From Thermoplasmatota archaeon (lineage in GTDB: Archaea > Thermoplasmatota > E2 > JACPAO01 > JAHFTW01), in contig JBFIHX010000003.1 of the NCBI GenBank assembly GCA_041601615.1, positions 256,001 through 320,000 of the forward strand: DNA of 64,000 nucleotides, read 5' to 3'. Made by a program: the position numbers and the translations under genes. The notes beneath the pieces are model-generated. The model saw only the letters and a program-made list of their open reading frames with translations, ran no database searches and was not told the DNA's origin. Below are positions 57,028 to 64,000 of this stretch, piece after piece. Each line of letters begins with the position of its first letter. The stretch's first letter is position 1.

Positions 57028-57341
57028 GGTTTATTTCCTAACCTCATTTCGAGGCAATCGAGAATGATTACCAGATGAATTTAGTTTGTGTTTGGTTTGT
57101 TACCCCCTTAATAACGGGCCAATTCGGCCAAACAGACACTATTTTTACGGGGATTGGGAAATTTTGCCTTCTCGAAGCGAGCGAGAGGCGGGGGCTGGAA
57201 GCCCTCGAGCGAAGCATGCCGCTCCTCAGAAAGGGAGGACAAATTTTGATTGCGCGGAAAAAAAGTGGAGAGAAAGTGGGGAAGGGAGAAAGGGGGAATG
57301 ACGGGGCCCCTGTGCCGGGTGTTGCGCCGGCGCAATGTTCC

Positions 57342-58175
57342 TTATGCGCCAGCCTTGGCGGCCTCAATCCAGCGCTTGGCGCGGCCGACACCCACGTCGG
57401 CCTTCTGGATTGCGGTCTTGCGTCCGGCTTCGAGCGTGTGGATTCGTGCCACGAGGTCCTCGGCATTCTGTGCTGCTAGGTCCTTGGGGCTGGTGATGCC
57501 AGCGCGCACGAGGAGTTCGGCGAACTGCGGTCCAATGCCCGAAAGCTGCATGAGTGCACCCATCGCTTGCCACTGACGGCCCAGTTCTTCCGTGACATCG
57601 GCGAACTTGGCGATGTCCTTGAGGGGGGCCTTGATCAATTGCGGGATGGTGATGATGCCGTTGGCGTTGAGGCGGCTTGCGAACTTCTCACCGATGCCTT
57701 CGATGATGATGACGTGTTGTTTTTCCTCGCCTGCATCGAACTTGATGTGCACGGGTGGCCGGTCGATGTACTTGATGACCTCGACGGGCTTTTCCACGAT
57801 TTTCTCCACGACGCGGATCTTTTCGACCGGTTTTTCCACGACCTTTTCGACGACGCGGACCGTCTCCACGGGCTTGTCGACGTATTCGACGCGCGTCACC
57901 GGCTTCTCGACTGTTTGGTCGCGGATGATGCGGCCGGGGAACGCCTTGTGGCGGCCAACGAGGAAAATCAGCGTGAACACCACGAGGGCGATTAGGGAGC
58001 CGAGCACTAGCCACTTGAGGCGGGATTCCCACCAAAGGACGTCTGCGACAGCGAGGCAGAAGATGCTGACTGCGGAGATGATGAAGATCCAGTACAGGCT
58101 CCTGCGTTCCTGGATGGCCACGTCCCAGCCTCCGTGTGTTCCGGTGTAGGGTCCTGCTTCTAGGGTCTTGTTCAT
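57342..58175 (-). CDS. 2-TM protein with VEKPVE repeats and tandem HhH (DUF4332-like) domain
   Basis: Two TMs; (VEK.VE)n; [11 protein letters not shown]...GI and [15 protein letters not shown]. Confidence 0.85.
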   Translation of the reverse strand: MNKTLEAGPYTGTHGGWDVAIQERRSLYWIFIISAVSIFCLAVADVLWWESRLKWLVLGSLIALVVFTLIFLVGRHKAFPGRIIRDQTVEKPVTRVEYVDKPVETVRVVEKVVEKPVEKIRVVEKIVEKPVEVIKYIDRPPVHIKFDAGEEKQHVIIIEGIGEKFASRLNANGIITIPQLIKAPLKDIAKFADVTEELGRQWQAMGALMQLSGIGPQFAELLVRAGITSPKDLAAQNAEDLVARIHTLEAGRKTAIQKADVGVGRAKRWIEAAKAGA

Positions 58176-59404
58176 AGGGTCCACCTTCGGGTGAGGGCGA
58201 GGATGCTGACGAGCGCAGCGGTTGCGCCGAGGCCGCCAGCGGCGGGAAGATAGTCGACCGAGCCAAGGAGGCTGTTGTCGGCTTTGGTAGATGGGCTTGG
58301 ACTGCCGCCGTCCCCGGGGCCGCCCGTGCCAGTTCCGTTGCCCGCGCCGCCGGGGGGCGTCGTGGGGGTCGTGGTTCCGGAGCCAGGGTCGTTGGGGTCC
58401 AGCGGGTCGGTGCCGGCGGTCACTTCGTCGCCGTCGTCGTGGCCGTCACCATCGGTGTCGGGGTCCAGCGGGTCCGTGCCGCGATCTACTTCGTCGCCAT
58501 CGAGGAGGCCGTCTCCGTCTGTATCCGGATTCAGCGGATCGGTGCCTTCGGTCGCCTCGTCGCCGTCCGACAAGCCGTCCGCGTCCGTGTCCGGGTTGTT
58601 CGGGTCTGTGCCTGCGTCCTGCTCTTGCAGGTTGCTGCTGCCGTCGCCGTCCGGGTCGTCGTCGGCACCTTGGGTGAGGTTGCCAAAGTGTGTGATTTCC
58701 CAACTGTCCAGGAGGCCGTCGTTGTCGGAGTCGAGTGGAACCTCAAAGCCCGTGGTCATCCAGAACGGAACGTCCGTCGAAGCGGTATCGGTGGTGGCAA
58801 GGGCCACGCCCGAAGCAATGCCGGCCACCAGTTCCTCCGTGCGCGCCTCGGCGCCAAGCCAGCTCGTGGACACAAACAGATCAGGGCCAATGTCTGCATC
58901 GAGGGCGGCGCCAGTGGCGGTGACCACCAAGTCGCCAAGTTCGGCATCGGTTTCGGTCGACGCAACCAGAACGCCATCGAGGTAGACTTCCACGAAGCTG
59001 TCAAAGTAACCGTAGACGAGTCCAGCCATTTGCAGCTCAAACTGGTACACGAATTCCACCACAAGGTCCGCGACGCCTTCAGGCTCAATGGGGTCCACGA
59101 TCGCACGCGCCGAAATCAGCGTATCACCACTCAGAACAGACACTCCAATGAGGCTGGATTCTGCGACCGTAACACCCAGTTGCAATCGTTCGCAGTCGTC
59201 CCCGGCGGTCCCGATGCGCACTTGCAGCAAGTCGAGGGCGCCGTTGAGGGTGATGGCGGGGGAGACGAGGAACGCGTCACCTTCTGGATCTTCGATCCAA
59301 ATGTCCGCCGGGATGCAAGTCGTTTCCTGTGCCTGAATAGCGGGCACCAACAGGAAAGCGACCAAAAGCCACCCCAGTGGTAGAACTAGGTTTTGGTGAG
59401 CCAC
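58172..59404 (-). CDS. Surface protein with DxDxDG repeats and C-terminal TM
   Basis: Signal peptide; DTD.DG..DGDE...GTDPL repeats; G/T/P linker; TM ending RRWTL; start uncertain. Confidence 0.85.
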   Translation of the reverse strand: MAHQNLVLPLGWLLVAFLLVPAIQAQETTCIPADIWIEDPEGDAFLVSPAITLNGALDLLQVRIGTAGDDCERLQLGVTVAESSLIGVSVLSGDTLISARAIVDPIEPEGVADLVVEFVYQFELQMAGLVYGYFDSFVEVYLDGVLVASTETDAELGDLVVTATGAALDADIGPDLFVSTSWLGAEARTEELVAGIASGVALATTDTASTDVPFWMTTGFEVPLDSDNDGLLDSWEITHFGNLTQGADDDPDGDGSSNLQEQDAGTDPNNPDTDADGLSDGDEATEGTDPLNPDTDGDGLLDGDEVDRGTDPLDPDTDGDGHDDGDEVTAGTDPLDPNDPGSGTTTPTTPPGGAGNGTGTGGPGDGGSPSPSTKADNSLLGSVDYLPAAGGLGATAALVSILALTRRWTL

Positions 59405-59562
59405 GGCTCCAATGGGGCCACGTTCATACAATAACCTTTGGTGCTGTTTCTAGGTTATCGAACAGGAGAAAAAATCCGGTCTTGCCTCGTGTTGCGATGT
59501 GGGCGCCATTCGCGGCGCAGAGCGGCCCGGGCCCTTTTCAAGCCCCCCGAGGTCGCCCCGTC

Positions 59563-61119
59563 GTGTCCGTGGAAGCCAAGGTCGCCGACCTGCGAGAACG
59601 CAAGGCCGATTCCCTGCAAGGCGGAGGTCCTGCACGCATCGAAAAGCAGCACGCGGCGGGCAAGTACACCGCCCGCGAACGCATCGACCTCCTGCTCGAC
59701 GCCGGCAGTTTCCAGGAGTTGGATGCTCTGCGCGAGCACGACTGCCACGACTTTGGCATGCAGGACAAGTCCGTTCCTGGTGATGGCGTCGTGACGGGCT
59801 TCGGCACCGTCGCGGGCCGGCTCGTGTACGTCTTTGCGCAGGATTTCACGGTTTTTGGTGGCAGCCTCGGCCTCGTCTATGCAGAAAAAATCTGCAAGGT
59901 CATGGATCTCGCGGTGCAAAACGGAGCCCCCGTCATCGGCCTCAACGATTCGGGCGGCGCTCGCATCCAAGAAGGCGTCATGAGCCTCGGTGGCTACGCG
60001 GAGATTTTCTACCGCAACACCCGCGCTTCGGGTGTCGTGCCGCAAATCTCGGCCATCCTTGGTCCCTGTGCCGGCGGCGCCGTGTACTCGCCTGCCATCA
60101 CCGACTTTGTCATGATGGTGGACCAAACCAGCCACATGTTCATCACCGGCCCCGAAGTGATCAAAACAGTCACGGGTGAAGAAGTCGGCTTCGACGAACT
60201 GGGCGGCGCCCACGCCCACGCGGCAACCTCCGGCGTGTGCCACCAAGTGTTCGACGACGAAGAGAGCCTCATTGCCGGCATCCGCGACCTTCTGTCGTAC
60301 CTACCCAGCAACAACCTCGCTGAGCCTCCCGTCGTGCCCGCCACGGACGACCCGGCTCGCATGGAGATGGACCTTTTGCGCATCGTGCCCGATTCGCCTG
60401 ACAAGCCCTACGACATTGTGGAGGTGATTCGCGCCGTGGTGGACAATGGACGGTTCAACGAGATCCAACCCGAATTTGCCCGCAACATCGTCACCGGATT
60501 TGCCCGACTCAACGGCCGCAGCATCGGTGTCGTCGCGAACCAGCCCGCCGTATTTGCCGGTGTCCTGGACATTGACGCAAGCAGCAAGGCTGCCCGTTTC
60601 GTGCGCTTCTGCGACGCCTTCGGCATTCCGCTCGTGACGTTCGTGGACGTGCCTGGCTTCTTACCCGGTGTCGCCCAGGAGCACGGCGGCATCATTCGCC
60701 ATGGTGCCAAGCTGCTGTATGCGTACTCGGAAGCGACCGTTCCCAAACTCACCGTCATCACGCGAAAAGCATACGGCGGCGCCTACGACGTGATGTGCAG
60801 CAAGCACATTCGCGCCGATTTGAACGTCGCGTGGCCGACGGCGGAAATCGCGGTCATGGGCTCGGAGGGTGCCGTGAACATCATCCACCGCGCCGAACTG
60901 AAGGGCCTCGAAGGTGCCGCATTGGAGGCAAAGCGCGCCGAGCTCGTGGCCGACTACCGCGCCAAGTTTGCCAATCCGTATGTGGCGGCGCGCAAGGGCT
61001 ACATCGACGACGTGATTGAGCCGCAGGAGACGCGGCCGGTGCTGATCAAGACCTTGGAGACCTTGGTCAACAAGCGCCAGGACGGGCCCAAGCGAAAGCA
61101 CGGCAATATCCCGTTGTAG
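59563..61119 (+). CDS. Acyl-CoA carboxylase carboxyltransferase subunit (PccB/MmdA type)
   Basis: [54 protein letters not shown]. Confidence 0.96.
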   Translation: MSVEAKVADLRERKADSLQGGGPARIEKQHAAGKYTARERIDLLLDAGSFQELDALREHDCHDFGMQDKSVPGDGVVTGFGTVAGRLVYVFAQDFTVFGGSLGLVYAEKICKVMDLAVQNGAPVIGLNDSGGARIQEGVMSLGGYAEIFYRNTRASGVVPQISAILGPCAGGAVYSPAITDFVMMVDQTSHMFITGPEVIKTVTGEEVGFDELGGAHAHAATSGVCHQVFDDEESLIAGIRDLLSYLPSNNLAEPPVVPATDDPARMEMDLLRIVPDSPDKPYDIVEVIRAVVDNGRFNEIQPEFARNIVTGFARLNGRSIGVVANQPAVFAGVLDIDASSKAARFVRFCDAFGIPLVTFVDVPGFLPGVAQEHGGIIRHGAKLLYAYSEATVPKLTVITRKAYGGAYDVMCSKHIRADLNVAWPTAEIAVMGSEGAVNIIHRAELKGLEGAALEAKRAELVADYRAKFANPYVAARKGYIDDVIEPQETRPVLIKTLETLVNKRQDGPKRKHGNIPL

Positions 61120-61255
61120 AGCGACGGGGGGTCGGTGGCGTGGCCGAGCGGAGCGGGAGCCGTCCGCCAGGATCGATATTCTGGAAGGCGGCAAGGCGTC
61201 ACAACGGCGAGGCGGCTCGTTTTCGATGCTGCTTGGGGTTGACGATGTGACCAAC

Positions 61256-61282
61256 ACTACGTAGATATCAAAATACTACGTA
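61256..61282. promoter_or_regulatory. Two ACTACGTA boxes, candidate operator
   Basis: Direct repeat at 61256 and 61275, each containing palindromic TACGTA, in an AT-rich patch. Confidence 0.4.
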
Positions 61283-61322
61283 ACTCTACACGCCACAACC
61301 CTAAGTACCGCGCCCAACGAGT

Positions 61323-61445
61323 ATGGTTTGGGGTGCGCAGTACACCACTGCACACTTCGACACACAGAGGCGGCCCGGTGCCTTCCGACAGCACTCGGAA
61401 CAACGCATCAAACCACCGACCTACCATGGGCCCAGACACCACTGA
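61323..61445 (+). CDS. Possible 40-aa small protein
   Basis: MVWGAQYTTAHFDTQRRPG...; CTAAG box upstream; not in ORF track. Confidence 0.3.
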   Translation: MVWGAQYTTAHFDTQRRPGAFRQHSEQRIKPPTYHGPRHH

Positions 61446-61487
61446 GCTCCGGCCATCCTGGCCAAACACCGGGCCGCCACCACCCCT

Positions 61488-61529
61488 CCCACCACTTTCC
61501 TCCATCCCACCACTTTCCTCCATCCCACC
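61488..61529 (+). repeat. 18-bp tandem repeat in C-rich tract
   Basis: CCCACCACTTTCCTCCAT twice plus partial third. Confidence 0.8.
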
Positions 61530-61607
61530 CTCCTTCTGTCCCTCCCCCCTTTCTCCACTGCGTCTTCCTTCCCTCCCGTCCACTCCAACCCAATCCACAG
61601 GATCCCC

Positions 61608-61787
61608 ATGTTCTCAACCTTCCTCATCGGCATCGTGATCGCCTCTCTGCTGGCCCTCGCCGTTCTGCTTGTGATTCCCCAAAGCCAAGAAAGCACCACA
61701 CCCGCCGCCCTTCCCTGGGTCGGCCTCGTGCTCGCCGTCCTGTTTGCCGCCCTGGGCTTCGTAGGCGGCTTCGCCATGGGGTCCTAG
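61608..61787 (+). CDS. 59-aa 2-TM membrane protein
   Basis: MFSTFLIGIVIASLLALAVLLVIP...LPWVGLVLAVLFAALGFVGGFAMGS; below ORF-track cutoff. Confidence 0.65.
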   Translation: MFSTFLIGIVIASLLALAVLLVIPQSQESTTPAALPWVGLVLAVLFAALGFVGGFAMGS

Positions 61788-61952
61788 CATGATCGGACAA
61801 TGCTTCCTGGCGCGCCTGAACCTCCTTCGAGGCGTACGATTTCGATTCGACGCCGACGACCTGCTCGACTAGCCCACGCCGCGCCCGCGCAGGCCACTAA
61901 AACGTCCTTGGTGAGTGAAACGGTCAAGTGCAGGAGCACGCGTCGCCCCCGC

Positions 61953-62171
61953 ATGGGACTCTTCCAGAAGCTGTTTGCACGAAACAAGCAGGCCAGCGCC
62001 ACCACGACCACCGCCACGGAAACCATGGAGGTCGAAGTCAACAAGGGCAAAGCCGATGTCGCGCCCGTCAAGGCTACCACCACGCGCTGCGCCGCCACCA
62101 CCAAAGCTGGCACCCCCTGCAAGCGCAACGCCGCAGGCACCGGAACGTTCTGCGGCACGCACAGCAACTAG
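61953..62171 (+). CDS. Small CCCH Zn-finger protein (DUF5763-like)
   Basis: MGLFQKLF amphipathic start; CAATTKAGTPCKRNA....TFCGTH. Confidence 0.75.
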   Translation: MGLFQKLFARNKQASATTTTATETMEVEVNKGKADVAPVKATTTRCAATTKAGTPCKRNAAGTGTFCGTHSN

Positions 62172-62271
62172 ACGACGCGAACCTTCCTTTTCCCTCTCTT
62201 TTTCCCAAATCTCGGCCCTGCATCGCATCGCTTCCTTTGAGTAGGGCCAGGAGCGTAGCGGGCCGAACACC

Positions 62272-62919
62272 ATGGGATTCTGGACCTGGCTCAACCCGCT
62301 CAACTGGTTCCGTCGCCGCGCTGCACCCGAAGAAGTGCCCGCCGCCGCACCGACCACGACCTCCGAGACGACCGTGGTCGCAACACCCACCGTCGCCAAG
62401 ACCGCCGCACCCGCCACCAAGAAGGCAGCCCCCAAAGCAGCCCCTAAGGCCGCGACGAAGGCAGCCGCGGCGCCGGCTGCAAAGAAAGCCGCAGCCAAGG
62501 CACCCGCAAAACCGGCCACCAAGGCCGCCGCCGCACCCGCAAAGAAGGCCGCAGCCACTGCAAAAGCGACCGCCCAGTGCGCCGCCCTCACCGCCGCTGG
62601 CGGACAATGCAAGCGCACCGCTCGTGACACTAGCAAATACTGCGCCAGCCACAAGGGCTACCGCCCCCCAGCCAAGGCTGCCAAGAAGACCGACACCAAG
62701 CCCGTAGGCTCCAAGGTCAAGGACACGCTGCCCTCCACGCGCCGCTCGCACGTCACGCACAACGGCTACAAGCTCTACCAAAAGGGCAACCGCTTCTACT
62801 TCAGCAAGAAGTCCCACGCGGAAGCCAAAGCTGGCGGCGCCGACCCCGTCTACGAGATGCCCATGGGACGCGAAGTCGTCGTGACCCCCAACGGCCTACC
62901 GGTTCTCAAGACCAAGTAG
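62272..62919 (+). CDS. Ala/Lys/Pro-rich protein with CCCH Zn finger and small C-terminal domain
   Basis: MGFWTWL start; KKAAPKAA repeats; CAALTAAGGQCKR......YCASH; YFSK...P.G.EVV...NGLPVLK. Confidence 0.8.
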   Translation: MGFWTWLNPLNWFRRRAAPEEVPAAAPTTTSETTVVATPTVAKTAAPATKKAAPKAAPKAATKAAAAPAAKKAAAKAPAKPATKAAAAPAKKAAATAKATAQCAALTAAGGQCKRTARDTSKYCASHKGYRPPAKAAKKTDTKPVGSKVKDTLPSTRRSHVTHNGYKLYQKGNRFYFSKKSHAEAKAGGADPVYEMPMGREVVVTPNGLPVLKTK

Positions 62920-62966
62920 ACACCACAGGGCCACGCGCATGGGCGCCCGCGCTCGGCTCGGCCCAG

Positions 62967-63005
62967 CTTTTTCCTTTACTTTCTCTCCTTCGCTTCCTTT
63001 CCTTT
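62967..63005 (+). terminator. T/C-rich tract
   Basis: Pyrimidine run after 62272..62919; similar run at 62182..62206. Confidence 0.45.
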
Positions 63006-63072
63006 GCATGCCCGGAGGTAGCTTCACAGCCCCCTCCCTCCCCCTTAAATCGATGCCCCGAGACTGTCCAAC

Positions 63073-64000
63073 GTGGCGTTTCGCGTCGTCAGCCCCTTCG
63101 AGCCCGCAGGCGACCAAGGGCCGGCCATCGATTCCATCGTCAACGGCATCCAGCGCGGGCTCCGCTACCAGACGCTCCAAGGCGTCACAGGTGTCGGCAA
63201 GACCTACATCATGGCCAAGACCATCGAGCGGGTCCAAAAACCGACACTGATCATCTGCCACAACAAAACCCTCGCCGCCCAACTCTACGAAGAAATGAAG
63301 GCGTTCTTCCCAGACAACGCCGTCGAATACTTCGTCAGCTACTACGACTACTACCAACCCGAAGCCTACGTCCCCCAATCGGACACCTACATCGCCAAGG
63401 AATCCGACGTCAACAAAGAGATCGAAAAACTACGCCACGCCGCCACGGTCTCGCTCATGACCCGCGACGACGTCATCGTGGTCGCCTCCGTCTCCTGCAT
63501 CTACGGCCTCGGCTCCCCCCAGGACTACAAGGAACAACACCTCCTCGTCCACAAAGGCCAGGATCTGGAACGCAAAGCCCTCACCGGCCGCCTCGTCGAC
63601 ATCTACTACGAACGCAACGACGCCGATCTGAAACCCGGCACCTTCCGCGTCCGAGGCGACGTGGTGGACATCCTGCCACCTGGCGACGAACACCCCCTGC
63701 GCATCGAACTCTGGGGCGACGAAGTGGATGCCGTCAAGCGCGTCCACCTCGTCACCGGCGAAACGATGCACGACTACGAGAGCCTCACCATCTTCCCCGC
63801 CAAGCACTGGGTCATCCCCGACGACCAAATGCAAGCGGCCATCCAACGCATCCGCACCCAACTCGACGCCCGCCTCTTCGAGCTACGATCCCAGCAAAAA
63901 ATCCTCGAAGCCGCCCGCCTCGAACAACGCACCCGCTTCGACATGGAAATGCTGCAAGAAGTGGGCTTCTGCTCAGGCATCGAAAACTACAGCCAACCGC
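63073..64000 (+). CDS. uvrB: Excinuclease ABC subunit UvrB (3'-truncated by window edge)
   Basis: PAGDQ, GVTGVGKT, HNKTLAAQLY, VEYFVSYYDYYQPEAYVP, ASVSCIYGLG, GFCSGIENYS; read from DNA, absent from ORF track. Confidence 0.97.
   Translation, partial: MAFRVVSPFEPAGDQGPAIDSIVNGIQRGLRYQTLQGVTGVGKTYIMAKTIERVQKPTLIICHNKTLAAQLYEEMKAFFPDNAVEYFVSYYDYYQPEAYVPQSDTYIAKESDVNKEIEKLRHAATVSLMTRDDVIVVASVSCIYGLGSPQDYKEQHLLVHKGQDLERKALTGRLVDIYYERNDADLKPGTFRVRGDVVDILPPGDEHPLRIELWGDEVDAVKRVHLVTGETMHDYESLTIFPAKHWVIPDDQMQAAIQRIRTQLDARLFELRSQQKILEAARLEQRTRFDMEMLQEVGFCSGIENYSQP

Noticed and set aside
57166-57228. Another GNA-capped gene-end unit
   Set aside because: Has GAGCGAAGC and a short stem but no gene-end duplication and is far from a stop codon; too weak.

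Overview
GC-rich archaeal chromosome segment, most likely Thermoplasmatota. Archaeal markers are thermosome, CDC48/VAT, eS1, eL40, Tsr3 and CCA-less tRNAs; they sit alongside bacterial-type hutUHIG, enolase, split transketolase, UvrB and a histidine kinase. About 60 CDS and 3 tRNAs (Arg-TCG, Leu-GAG, Ser-GCT); many secreted proteins and lipoproteins. No CRISPR-Cas, transposase or integrase is visible. The most striking unexplained signal is a set of 86-117 bp hairpin-rich units at the 3' ends of housekeeping genes: thermosome, tRNA-Leu (three units in tandem), transketolase, and a decayed one after a carboxyltransferase. They duplicate the gene end directly, carry an inverted copy of it, and are capped by GA-GC-GNA-GC-GA DNA mini-hairpins. 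Other candidates are a twice-present DxDxDG surface protein / 2-TM / tandem-HhH module, several small secreted Cys-rich peptides (one a 4x60-aa repeat) with palindromic upstream regions, and GC-skew domains that ignore gene orientation. All calls are by eye from motifs; no searches were run, and many start codons are my re-assignments.
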